In this document: positions 20,026-29,117 of the stretch, piece by piece
Layout: each line of letters begins with the position of its first letter
Numbering within the stretch: position 1 is the first letter of the stretch
DNA from: an uncultured Chloroflexia bacterium
GTDB lineage: Bacteria; Chloroflexota; Chloroflexia; QHBQ01; JADMIH01
NCBI GenBank assembly: GCA_963797095.1
Contig: CAWCNY010000007.1
Location: 96,001-160,000 of the forward strand
DNA: 64,000 bases
Direction: 5' to 3'
The notes under the pieces: generated by a model
What the model was told of the DNA's origin: nothing
What the model saw: only the letters and a program-made list of their open reading frames with translations
Databases searched by the model: none
Position numbers and translations under genes: made by a program

Positions 20026-20882
20026 TGATAGAGGACATGCTCGTGCGCGGCCTAGTCGAAACCATCATCGAAGAATCCGCCGCCCTCCGCTATCTCCCCT
20101 TCGTGCAGATAGTGGGCAACTCCCTCCGCTACAACCAGGAGGTCACCCTCGGCTCGGTCGACTTCTACGCGGTGGGCGACACCTGGGCCGAGTCCGCCAT
20201 GATCACCACTGAAATGACCGCCCAGCTTGCCATCCTGGGAGGCGACGCCGATGTCGACGCCTTCCTCCAGCAAACCTACTCCGACCCCAAGGACCTGCGC
20301 GCCCTCGTGATCGCCGCCAGGGCCAAGGCGCTAGCCCACACCTTCAGCGACACATTCTTCAACGGCGCCACCTCCGACGACCCCGATAGCTTCGACGGCC
20401 TCAAGGTCCTCTCAGCGGGCGCTCGCACCATCTCCAAAGGCGACGACGGCGCGGTGCTCGCCCTCGACCACCTCGACGAGTTGATCGACATGGTCAAGCC
20501 GGGCATGCCCCACGTCCTCTTTACAAGCAAGCGCATCCGCCGCAAGCTATCCAGCCTCCGGCGTGCTTCAGGCTCCGTCCTCGAAACCTCTACTGGCGCC
20601 TTCGGGAGGCGCGTCCTCACCTACGACGGTATCCCCGTCGAGGTAGACGACCACATCGCCGACGACGAAGTCAAAGGCGAAAGCGAAGACTGCTCCTCGA
20701 TCTACGCGGTGCAGTTCGGCTTCCAGACCGGCCTCTGCGGCCTCGAAAGCGGCGGCATCCAGGTCCAACCCCTGGGCGCTCTCGAAACCAAAGACGCTTG
20801 GCGCACCCGCATCAAATGGTACTGCGGCCTCGCCCTCTTCCGCGACATAGCCCTGGCCCGCCTCGAAGGCGTAAGGGTATAA
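20026..20882 (+). pseudogene. Major capsid protein (HK97-type, Chloroflexota family), start lost at the IS junction
   Basis: DML.RG.VETII, LPFVQIVGN, GGDADVD.FL, FDGL, LDELID.VK.G.P, YDGIPV, SIYAVQFG, LETKDA.RTRIKWY. Confidence 0.85.
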
Positions 20883-20950
20883 CTTTCGCTCTATTCGAGC
20901 AACACCTGGCAGGCTGCGCCAGGCGTTACTCGACCCCAAAGGAGCTTCCA

Positions 20951-21328
20951 ATGGACAACTTCCTCAACGGCCTCACCCTCCTCGGCATCCCCGCCATCCT
21001 GCTCGTGCCTCTCATCGTGCAGGCCATGAAAATGCTCGGCCTCCCCGGCCGATGGGCGGGCGTAGCCTCCATAGCAACCGGCCTGCTCGTAGCCGCCCTC
21101 ATAGAGGCGGTCGCCGCATGGCCCGGCGTCACACCCATAGTGCGCGTGCTCGTAACAGGCATCCTGCTCGGCCTCGCCGCCTCAGGCTCCTACAGCCAGT
21201 ACCGCACCCTCTACCGCACCCTCACACAATCTCGCACCACCCCAGCGGTCAGGGCCCATCTCCGTGATGGGTCCCCGCCTCCACCAGCTCCCTGGCGCGC
21301 TGAGCAGCGAACCTGCCCAACGACCTAA
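20951..21328 (+). CDS. Holin-like small membrane protein; 3' end runs into ppa on the opposite strand
   Basis: AAGGAG RBS; GIP..LV..IVQ.MK.LGLP.RW..GILLGLAASGSYS. Confidence 0.7.
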   Translation: MDNFLNGLTLLGIPAILLVPLIVQAMKMLGLPGRWAGVASIATGLLVAALIEAVAAWPGVTPIVRVLVTGILLGLAASGSYSQYRTLYRTLTQSRTTPAVRAHLRDGSPPPPAPWRAEQRTCPTT

Positions 21329-21833
21329 ACTTCTTCCCCTCGTACTCGTTATAGGACGCAAAGAAATGCTCGATTTCCTCAAGCATAGCATCGTTCAACT
21401 GGTGGATCGACCCGACACCCTCGTATGTGTGGCTCTCGGAGGCCACCGCCACCAGCCGGTCATTTCGTATCACTGTCCCGTCAACCTCGGTCTGCTCGGC
21501 CTCGATAACCCCGATCAGCCGCGCTTGCACAAGGCACCCCGGAAAGGCAGGCTCGTCCATCAAAATCAGCACATCCAGGGGATCGCCGTCCCCCCCAACT
21601 GTATTGGGCACAAATCCGAAATCGAACGGAAACACGGCTCCGGCAGGCAACACCTTCCTAAGCTTGAAGATGCCTAATTCCTCATCCCGATTGAACTTGT
21701 TCCTGCTTCCCTTCGGCGTCTCGATGATCGCGTTGATCAGAGTTCGGCCCTCGCCAGCCGCACCTTCCCCCAACAACGGCGACAGGCGGCTATACACGCC
21801 ACCACTTTGCTTGCGCATTTGCTGCTCAGGCAT
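21249..21833 (-). CDS. ppa: Family I inorganic pyrophosphatase
   Basis: IETPKGSRNK, FPFDFGFVP.T..GDGDPLDV, IEHFF..Y. Confidence 0.93.
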   Translation of the reverse strand: MPEQQMRKQSGGVYSRLSPLLGEGAAGEGRTLINAIIETPKGSRNKFNRDEELGIFKLRKVLPAGAVFPFDFGFVPNTVGGDGDPLDVLILMDEPAFPGCLVQARLIGVIEAEQTEVDGTVIRNDRLVAVASESHTYEGVGSIHQLNDAMLEEIEHFFASYNEYEGKKFRSLGRFAAQRARELVEAGTHHGDGP

Positions 21834-21905
21834 AGCTCACCTCCTATCAAATAATGAGGCAACCATTGCACTTTGCATGCCGCGCCCGCTAAGGAAAAGC
21901 CAATG

Positions 21906-22715
21906 CTAAAACCAGAACTGCGTCCAGGCCGACCACCAATCCTCGGCCGTCGACACCACCAGACGAGGCTCCGGCACCTCTACCCCGTGCTTGTGCCTGT
22001 AAGGCTCGGCGCGGTCGGGCGAGGCCAGCTCAATCCTGATCTCACAAGGCTTGCCCGGATTATAGGGGCGTACGTCCGGCCTCTCCTGAATAGCCCTTCT
22101 CGCCCCCGCCTCGATCAGGGCGCGAGCCCGCTGTGGCGCTATATGCCGTGCCGTATACCTGCCCAAACCCTCTTTCACCGCCACCGTGACCAGATTCTCA
22201 CCCAGCAACTCGCTCGCCTCCGCGCAGGTAGCCTGGTCGCCCGTCACCATCAACACCGGGCATCCCCACGTCCCGCACAGCGCCGCGTTGATCCCCGTCT
22301 CGCCCACCACCGTCCCGTTGAACCACAGATTATGCCATGCCTCGCTCGAAACCGTGTGGCTCAGCACCCCGAACCGCGTCCCGGCCCGTGCGTGCATCCC
22401 CACAAAGAGCGCCGCGTCGCACCCCTCCTCAAGCGCGCCCGTATATCCCGTCCATCTCTCCTGTACCACATACTCGCAGCCAGGATCGAGCATCTCATGC
22501 ACCAGCGAATTGAACGACCAACCTCCGCCGGCCCCGTGGCAGTCCATCACCACGATCTCGTTAGCCCCACCGGCCCGCGCCCCACGCACCGCCGCGTTGA
22601 TCTCTTCCGTATACAGCTTGCGGCACTCTTCGTACATCGGGTCGCCCCCTGTCACCTGCTGCCACTTGACGATACCCGCCACCCCTTCCATATCGCTGAT
22701 GATAATTACCCGCAT
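21906..22715 (-). CDS. Peptidase M55 (D-aminopeptidase) family
   Basis: SDMEG, DCHG, GMHARAG, LSHT, GETGIN. Confidence 0.93.
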   Translation of the reverse strand: MRVIIISDMEGVAGIVKWQQVTGGDPMYEECRKLYTEEINAAVRGARAGGANEIVVMDCHGAGGGWSFNSLVHEMLDPGCEYVVQERWTGYTGALEEGCDAALFVGMHARAGTRFGVLSHTVSSEAWHNLWFNGTVVGETGINAALCGTWGCPVLMVTGDQATCAEASELLGENLVTVAVKEGLGRYTARHIAPQRARALIEAGARRAIQERPDVRPYNPGKPCEIRIELASPDRAEPYRHKHGVEVPEPRLVVSTAEDWWSAWTQFWF

Positions 22716-22727
22716 CCTATCGTCCTC

Positions 22728-23261
22728 CTACTCTGCGTACCCAACAGCGCCCTGCAAACCCTTCAGAGTCGACACCTCGCCACAAATATTATCCGCATGC
22801 CCGGCCAGATACCGTGCTATCACCCATCGCCGGGCCACAGGCTCCATCCCGAAGCTAGACAGATCCAATACCTCGTCCAGGTCGTCAACCGTCAAACCCG
22901 CCAGGTATTCATCCGAAGCCTGGTACACCGCCTGCGCATATTCTCGAAACACCGGCAAATCGACCCGAACACGTCGCATCCAGGCCCTGTAATCCTCCGG
23001 CTCGGTCGGGGGCAATGGGTGCGGCTCGCTGGCTCCCAGCTTATCCTTCCAGGTGGTCGCGCCCAGCATCTCTGTGCCGCGCAAAAGCTGCTGCACAATA
23101 GAATCCTCAGACTGCACAAGGTGGATGTAATTTGCCCCAATCGGCGTGGCGATCCCTGGAGGTATCCAGTGCGCCAATTCGTCCGTAACGTCGGCCATGG
23201 TCTCCTCAAGATACTCATGGGCCGCCTTCAACTGCTCTCTAAGCAAAGAAACGCTGTCCAT
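22728..23261 (-). CDS. DinB-family protein
   Basis: H...SED, H...CGE..LKGLQG..GY. Confidence 0.8.
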   Translation of the reverse strand: MDSVSLLREQLKAAHEYLEETMADVTDELAHWIPPGIATPIGANYIHLVQSEDSIVQQLLRGTEMLGATTWKDKLGASEPHPLPPTEPEDYRAWMRRVRVDLPVFREYAQAVYQASDEYLAGLTVDDLDEVLDLSSFGMEPVARRWVIARYLAGHADNICGEVSTLKGLQGAVGYAE

Positions 23262-23390
23262 ATTCTTGGCCCTCTCTCCCCATAATTCGCGCTACACCTT
23301 CTGAATTCACCGTGCCGCATTATAGCACTCCCCCAATTCTATTGATAGATATGTTAGGATGAATACAGGGTCCCATCACAAAGGAAAGGA

Positions 23391-24488
23391 ATGAGTAACC
23401 ACATTGTCCCATCTCAATTAGCAACCGCTCCAAAAGAATACGAGCGTCTCGGCATGAAGAAAGGTCTTATCGAAGAGTGGGAAGATGGCATCCGCACCGG
23501 CGGAGTGAAAGGCACCTATGAATGGTGGTACTTCGATGCCCACCTGAACGATGCCTCCAAAGTTGTAATTGTCTTCTACACCAAGAACCTCATAGATGTA
23601 GGCAAACCTCTTGCTCCTTATATCGCCTTCACGCTTGACCGTCCGGATGGCACCCATTTCGAAAAGGAATACCATGCTCCCACTCAATCTTTCTCAGCCT
23701 CCAAAGAGACATGCGATGTTCGCATAGGTCCCAATGTCTTCAAAGGCGACCTGCACTCTTATGAAGTCCATCTCCAGATGGAAGGCCTCACCTGTAACAT
23801 CACGCTCAAAGGCACCGTGCCGCCCTGGCGACCTGAAACCGGCTATCTTCTCTTCGGTGAGCGCTTCGAACACTACTTTGCATGGCTTCCTGCTGTGCCC
23901 CAGGGCGAGGTCGAGGCCACCATCATCATTGACGGCAAAAGTGAGCACTTTACCGGCATAGGCTACCACGACCATAATTGGGGCAACGTATCTCTGGTCA
24001 AACTCATGCATCACTGGTACTGGGCACGTGGCAAAATCGGCGACTACACCGTGATCGCCTCCTATATAACAGCCGAGAAACGATATGGCTACAAAACCTT
24101 CCCCGTGTTCATGCTCGCCCATAACGGCAAGATCATCGCCGACGACGCCGGTCAGGTGCATTTTTCCGCCAGCGATACTCAGTCAGACAAACAAACCGGC
24201 AAGCCCGTCGCTAACGTGCTCGTCTACGATTACAACGATGGGGGCATCCGTTACCTACTCACCTTCAAGCGCAAGAACACCATCCTCCGTATGAAGCTCA
24301 TCGATGGCATACGCGGCATCAGAAGGCCGTTGGCCCAATTAATCGGCTTCGACGGCTTATTCTTGCGCTTCACCGGCGATCTTGCGATTGACCACTATGA
24401 GGAAGGCAAGCTAGTCACATCTGAGCATGAAGAAGCGATCTGGGAGCTTATGTACTTGGGACATGTCCCTAAAGCGCGAGCTGTCTAG
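23391..24488 (+). CDS. AttH/CrtC-like lipocalin-fold protein
   Basis: YEWWYFDA, GYHDHNWG, WYWARG. Confidence 0.8.
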   Translation: MSNHIVPSQLATAPKEYERLGMKKGLIEEWEDGIRTGGVKGTYEWWYFDAHLNDASKVVIVFYTKNLIDVGKPLAPYIAFTLDRPDGTHFEKEYHAPTQSFSASKETCDVRIGPNVFKGDLHSYEVHLQMEGLTCNITLKGTVPPWRPETGYLLFGERFEHYFAWLPAVPQGEVEATIIIDGKSEHFTGIGYHDHNWGNVSLVKLMHHWYWARGKIGDYTVIASYITAEKRYGYKTFPVFMLAHNGKIIADDAGQVHFSASDTQSDKQTGKPVANVLVYDYNDGGIRYLLTFKRKNTILRMKLIDGIRGIRRPLAQLIGFDGLFLRFTGDLAIDHYEEGKLVTSEHEEAIWELMYLGHVPKARAV

Positions 24489-24577
24489 CAAATGGGGATG
24501 CCAGGTGCACCCTTGCAGAGGGAGCCGGGATGTCCCGAAACTGAAAGTAGGGTACAGAGTTATGGTTTATTATAGTA

Positions 24578-25363
24578 ATGGTCAAAATCATGGAAGATGA
24601 ACTCTTCATAGTGTTCGGCGGGGGATGCTTCGGCACCCACCACACCCACCACATAGAAAAAGGCCGGGCACGGGGCCGTATCTCCCCCAACTCGCGTATC
24701 ATAATGGTCGACCGCAACGCCCACCCGCCCGCCCTCGACCTACCGGAGATCGCCCAGAACCGACACCTCACCTACCTACGGAGCGACTGGCTAGACTACA
24801 TGAAATCGGCCTGGGACACCCTCCCACCCAACGCACAGGCCATCCCTGCCCCCGTCGCCCCTCACCTCGCGTTCGACTGGATGGTGTGGAGCGTCCAACA
24901 GCGCCTGGGCGAACACGCCATCTCCGTAGAGCCGATGGAGCACAACTTCGGCGGCCTCCCCTACGAATACCTCGCCCCGGCAGGTGTCCGCTACATCTCC
25001 GCCGCCAACTGGATATGCCCAACCAACTGCCGCGCTCCGCATATCTGCCCCATGATCCGCGATGTGCGCACCTGGGAACTGGCCGACACAGTCAATGCCT
25101 ACGCCCAGTCCCACGCCGAAAGCACCGCCGCCGCCATCGTTCTCCAACCTCGCTTTCGCGTCCCCGGCGTCGATACCCTCCGCGTCCATGAGTACACCGA
25201 GGCCCGCGACCGCATCCTCACCCTCGCCTCCCAACCCGAAATGGCGGGCAAAGAGATAGTGGTCGCCACCGTCTCACCCTGCCACGGCGCGGTCAGCCTC
25301 CTCAAGATCGGCGCTAAAGCTGCTTTAGCCGAACAGCAAGCACATACTTCAAGGGCGGTGTAA
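24578..25363 (+). CDS. Hypothetical Rossmann-like protein with Cys cluster
   Basis: IVFGGGCFG; CPTNCRAPHICP; SPCHG. Confidence 0.7.
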   Translation: MVKIMEDELFIVFGGGCFGTHHTHHIEKGRARGRISPNSRIIMVDRNAHPPALDLPEIAQNRHLTYLRSDWLDYMKSAWDTLPPNAQAIPAPVAPHLAFDWMVWSVQQRLGEHAISVEPMEHNFGGLPYEYLAPAGVRYISAANWICPTNCRAPHICPMIRDVRTWELADTVNAYAQSHAESTAAAIVLQPRFRVPGVDTLRVHEYTEARDRILTLASQPEMAGKEIVVATVSPCHGAVSLLKIGAKAALAEQQAHTSRAV

Positions 25364-25365
25364 CC

Positions 25366-26175
25366 ATGTTCAACAAAGTACAGGGCTTCTACGATAACGA
25401 CGTGCAGCGGGAATGGGAGCGATTGGAGCGTCACAGGACCGAATTCGCCGTGACTATGCAGGCCCTGCGCGAGTACCTGCCTCCTCCACCCGCGCGTATC
25501 CTGGACATCGGAGGCGGGCCGGGGCGCTATTCGATCGCGCTCACGCAGCAGGGCTATCACGTTACGCTGTTCGATCTCTCGCCGGGCCTGCTATCCTTCG
25601 CCCAGTCAAAGGCAACGGAGCAAGGGGTTCAGATCGACGACTACATACAGGGCAACGCCCTTGACCTGAGCCACTTCGCCGACCACAGCTTCGATGCCGT
25701 GCTCCTGATGGGCCCGCTCTACCACCTGACTTACCTTGAAGATCGGCAAAAGGCGGTACGTGAAGCCCACAGGGTACTAAAACCCGGCGGCATGATTTTT
25801 GCCGCCTTCATCACTCGCTACGCTGGCGTGCGCTGGTCGGCCAAATATATGCCAACCTGGATATCGGATCACGCCTACGAGCTTGAGAAACTATTGATTG
25901 AGGGTAAGAACCTGCCACCGCCCGGAGCCAAGTTCATCAACTCCTATTTTGCCCACCCGTCCGAGATAAGGCCATTGATGCAAGAAGAAGGCTTCGCCAC
26001 CGTCAGCGCCATAGCCTGTGAAGGCGTGATAAGCATGATCGATGAAGAGATAAACACCTTCGAGGGCGAGCTATGGGAAACCTGGGTTGACCTCAACTAT
26101 CTCCTGGGCAAAGACCCCACCGTGCACGGAGCCGCCGAGCACATACTCTACGTGGGCAAAGCCCAATCCGGCTAA
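25366..26175 (+). CDS. Class I SAM-dependent methyltransferase
   Basis: EWERL, ILDIGGGPGRY, FDAVLLMGPLYHL. Confidence 0.9.
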   Translation: MFNKVQGFYDNDVQREWERLERHRTEFAVTMQALREYLPPPPARILDIGGGPGRYSIALTQQGYHVTLFDLSPGLLSFAQSKATEQGVQIDDYIQGNALDLSHFADHSFDAVLLMGPLYHLTYLEDRQKAVREAHRVLKPGGMIFAAFITRYAGVRWSAKYMPTWISDHAYELEKLLIEGKNLPPPGAKFINSYFAHPSEIRPLMQEEGFATVSAIACEGVISMIDEEINTFEGELWETWVDLNYLLGKDPTVHGAAEHILYVGKAQSG

Positions 26176-26241
26176 ATACATCTCAAGCCCGATCACAACC
26201 AACCCCTCCAACGCTATACTACACAAGACATCCTTCCGAAA

Positions 26242-26307
26242 ACTCGCCACTCGCCACTCGCCACTCGCCACTCGCCACTCGCCACTCGCCACTCGCCACT
26301 CGCCACT
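26242..26307. repeat. Heptamer array (ACTCGCC) x ~9 abutting a TATAAT box
   Basis: Directly visible. Confidence 0.95.
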
Positions 26308-26482
26308 ATAATGACCATGTTCATGATTCGCACTCGCACATAACAGCGGCAAAGCTCCAACCGCTGACACATACCTGAGCTAGCTGTCCAGGGCCGCGAC
26401 TAGCCGCACGGCCCGCCTGCTTTGCCGCGTTACAACCATAACACCCTCGGCCTCGTGCCGCTGGGGTTATGGTTTTTTGTTT
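26307..26482 (+). promoter_or_regulatory. Leader-peptide transcription attenuator (M[TMFM]IRTRT*)
   Basis: TATAAT 26307; uORF stop at 26341-26343; stem 26341-26355/26419-26432; terminator 26434-26478 with U-tract. Confidence 0.7.
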
Positions 26483-26519
26483 GGTCAACGCGGCTACCGG
26501 TCAGCAAAGGAGCAACCCC

Positions 26520-27359
26520 ATGGGAACATCGCGTAGACGAGGCGAACAGCGCCACATCCGAAGTACCCCTCGGCCCCTTGCCCGCACCAGTTGGGATGCC
26601 GTCGCCAACTGGTACGACGGCTGGGTGGGCGACGCAGGCAGCGACCACCACCGTGAGCTAGCCATCCCGTCCCTGCTCGATCTACTCGAGCCGAAGCAAG
26701 GCGAGAGCATCCTCGATATAGGCGCGGGCCAGGGCGTGCTCGCATCCTACATCGCTTCCGTTGGGGCCTCCTACACAGGCGTAGACGCATCGCCACGCCT
26801 CGTTGAGATGGCGCGTCGCAGGCACGGAAAGAGCAGGCGTTTTCTGTCGGGCGATGCTTGCCAGCTCAGCGCCACACCCGGCCTGCGAGCAGGCCAATTC
26901 GATGCCGTCACCTTCCTCCTGAGCATCCAGGACATGGACCCATTGGAGAAGGTGCTGGCCTCGGCTGCCTGGGCGCTCAAGCCGGGCGGGCGCGTCGCCA
27001 TCGTGATGGTACACCCCGCCTTTCGTGTACCGCGCCAAAGCGGATGGGGCTGGGATGGCCTGCGCAAGCTGCGCTACAGGCGAGTAGAGAGCTATCTCAC
27101 TCCCCTGGCGGTGCCGATGAAGTCTATCTCAAAATCGTCGGGAGGTCAAACAAGACCAACCCGCACTTTCCACCGTCCCCTGAGCGCCTACGTGAATGCC
27201 CTCGCAGGCAACGCCCTCCTGCTTGAGCGCATGCTGGAGATTCCGGCGCACAAAATACACGCCCCACCGAATGCTTATGAGGACAAAGCCAACGAGCGCG
27301 CACGCCGGGAGATACCGCTTTTCCTGGGCCTACGCGCCCGCAAAATGGAGGCGCTCTGA
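26520..27359 (+). CDS. Class I SAM-dependent methyltransferase, basic, under attenuator control
   Basis: AAGGAG RBS; TSWDAVANWY, ILDIGAGQG, HPAFRVPRQSGW, FHRPLS.Y, EIPLFL. Confidence 0.9.
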   Translation: MGTSRRRGEQRHIRSTPRPLARTSWDAVANWYDGWVGDAGSDHHRELAIPSLLDLLEPKQGESILDIGAGQGVLASYIASVGASYTGVDASPRLVEMARRRHGKSRRFLSGDACQLSATPGLRAGQFDAVTFLLSIQDMDPLEKVLASAAWALKPGGRVAIVMVHPAFRVPRQSGWGWDGLRKLRYRRVESYLTPLAVPMKSISKSSGGQTRPTRTFHRPLSAYVNALAGNALLLERMLEIPAHKIHAPPNAYEDKANERARREIPLFLGLRARKMEAL

Positions 27360-27373
27360 TGAATATAGTAGAA

Positions 27374-27470
27374 TGATGGGTACCGACCTGAATTCCAGTC
27401 TCACAACCATCGGGGCGTTTGCCACAATGCTATGGCTCCTTATTCTGCGCCGCTGGCATACTTTCGACTT
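27374..27470 (+). pseudogene. C-terminal remnant of an ArsB-type transporter
   Basis: GTDLNSSLTTIGAFATMLWLLILRR resembles the ArsB 'G.DLGP.LT.IGSLATMLW' segment; followed by a USP gene. Confidence 0.5.
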
Positions 27471-27551
27471 GGAATCGGCGTCATGCCAATTTGGCTCGCC
27501 CTTGCCATACTCGCCCTCTGGCTCACTTCTCTGTAGACAAAGGAGGAGACA

Positions 27552-28037
27552 ATGGCCGACAGATCGACCTTGATATGCTTGAGCGGTCTCGATACGGACG
27601 AATTTATCGAGCGTGCAGCACCGCATATTCCACGGGACCGCCACCTCACGCTTTTGTATGTGGTAGATACAAGGCCGACAGAGGAGCTTGGCTACCTGGC
27701 GCGCAGAATGTACAGCAGGCCAGGAGTATCGTCGCAGCATGCCGGTATTATAGAGACAGCCGAACAGCAGACAGCCGAAGCTGTACTGAACGAGGCGGGG
27801 AGCAAATGCCTGCAATTGGGGTTTGACGCGCAGAAAATCCAGAGAGAAGTACGGAAAGGCCGCCCTGAACAACAGATCGTGGAGTTTGCACGCGCACGTG
27901 AAACCAATGTCGGGCTGATAGTAATTGGGTCGGCCTATAAGCGAGGACCGAGTGCAGCGCCCGGCCCTGCCAGCATCGGGCACGTTGCCAGGTTCGTTGT
28001 AGACCATTCGCCCTGTGATGTACTGCTGCTCCGCTGA
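27552..28037 (+). CDS. Universal stress protein
   Basis: GRPEQQIV, LIVIG, IGHVARFVVDHSPCDVLLLR. Confidence 0.9.
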   Translation: MADRSTLICLSGLDTDEFIERAAPHIPRDRHLTLLYVVDTRPTEELGYLARRMYSRPGVSSQHAGIIETAEQQTAEAVLNEAGSKCLQLGFDAQKIQREVRKGRPEQQIVEFARARETNVGLIVIGSAYKRGPSAAPGPASIGHVARFVVDHSPCDVLLLR

Positions 28038-28088
28038 TACTGGACGTCGAATACCGGCCGCCAACGCACTCCGAACCTTACTCTATAT

Positions 28089-28796
28089 ATGAAGAATAAA
28101 GCTGCAAGGCAGAAGCAGGTGGTGGGCAGATTGTCACACATCTACTGGATCGGTGGCTCTCCGTGCTCAGGCAAAAGCTCGATTGCACGCATACTATCGG
28201 AGAGATACGGGCTGAGGATATACGATTGCGATAGCATGTACGAAGCCCATCTGAAGCGTGCGGTGCCGGGCAAGCACCCACATCTGACAAGAGCAGCAGA
28301 GATAAGTTGGGACGAGGTCTGGATGCACCCCGTTGACTACCTGACCGAGCGCGAGTTCGCCTTCTACCGCGAGGAGTTCGAGCTAATCAGGGAGGACTTG
28401 ATAGCGATGCCGCAGGATACGCCGATCTGTGCGGAGGGTGCGGCGCTCCTACCCGAACTATTGGCTGCGATGAAGATCAGCCCTCAAAAAGCCATCTGGA
28501 TCATGCCTACCGAGGAGTTCCAGCGACGAGAGTACGCACGTCGCGATTGGGTGCAGGGCATCCTTGCCCAGTGCAGCCAACCGGACGAGGCGTGGGAGAG
28601 TTGGATGGGGCGCGATGCCCAGTATGCCCGCGTAGTGGCCCGGCAGGCCGAACGCCTGGGCTACGCCGTGCTGAAAGTGGATGAGAGCCGCTCTATCGAA
28701 GAGAACGCCATCAGGTCGCGGAGCATTTTGGACTGGGACGCCAATAGGCATCAACGAGGCAGGGTAGCGCCCAGGAAGCCCACATCCCGCAGGTAG
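28089..28796 (+). CDS. P-loop nucleotide/small-molecule kinase-like protein
   Basis: YWIGGSPCSGKSS, AEGAALLP. Confidence 0.75.
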   Translation: MKNKAARQKQVVGRLSHIYWIGGSPCSGKSSIARILSERYGLRIYDCDSMYEAHLKRAVPGKHPHLTRAAEISWDEVWMHPVDYLTEREFAFYREEFELIREDLIAMPQDTPICAEGAALLPELLAAMKISPQKAIWIMPTEEFQRREYARRDWVQGILAQCSQPDEAWESWMGRDAQYARVVARQAERLGYAVLKVDESRSIEENAIRSRSILDWDANRHQRGRVAPRKPTSRR

Positions 28797-29098
28797 GTAA
28801 GCGCCACCACCAGAACATACACCATCACCGCAACCAGAAAGAGAGCACAAGCAGCTATGAGGGAGGCGGCCTCCAGCGCGCTCGTATCGAAGCGCGGGTT
28901 GGCGGGGAAGAAGCGATAGAACGGTTCCACCAGGGGAGCGGTGACACTATAGACGAAGCCTGGAAGGGGTAGTTCGGTGCGGACGCCGAGCGCACGCATC
29001 CCGAACCTGAGCAAGAGGCCCACTACCGGCAGCCCCACTACCAGCCAACCTATAGCTAACCGTGATTTGCGAATTGTGGGTCCGGCACCCGTTAGCAT
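28751..29098 (-). CDS. YggT-like small membrane protein
   Basis: LLLRF....G..F..FVY.VT.PLV.PF. Confidence 0.6.
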   Translation of the reverse strand: MLTGAGPTIRKSRLAIGWLVVGLPVVGLLLRFGMRALGVRTELPLPGFVYSVTAPLVEPFYRFFPANPRFDTSALEAASLIAACALFLVAVMVYVLVVALTYLRDVGFLGATLPR

Positions 29099-29117
29099 AA
29101 AAGGTGAGTGATCCTGA

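Noticed and set aside
20026-20882. Encapsulin nanocompartment
   Set aside because: Neighbouring terminase, scaffold and holin indicate a virion-type capsid
21873-23285. Long antisense ORFs (470 aa here; also 5349-6809, 38124-39281, 47996-48991)
   Set aside because: Shadow frames of well-supported genes in GC-rich DNA
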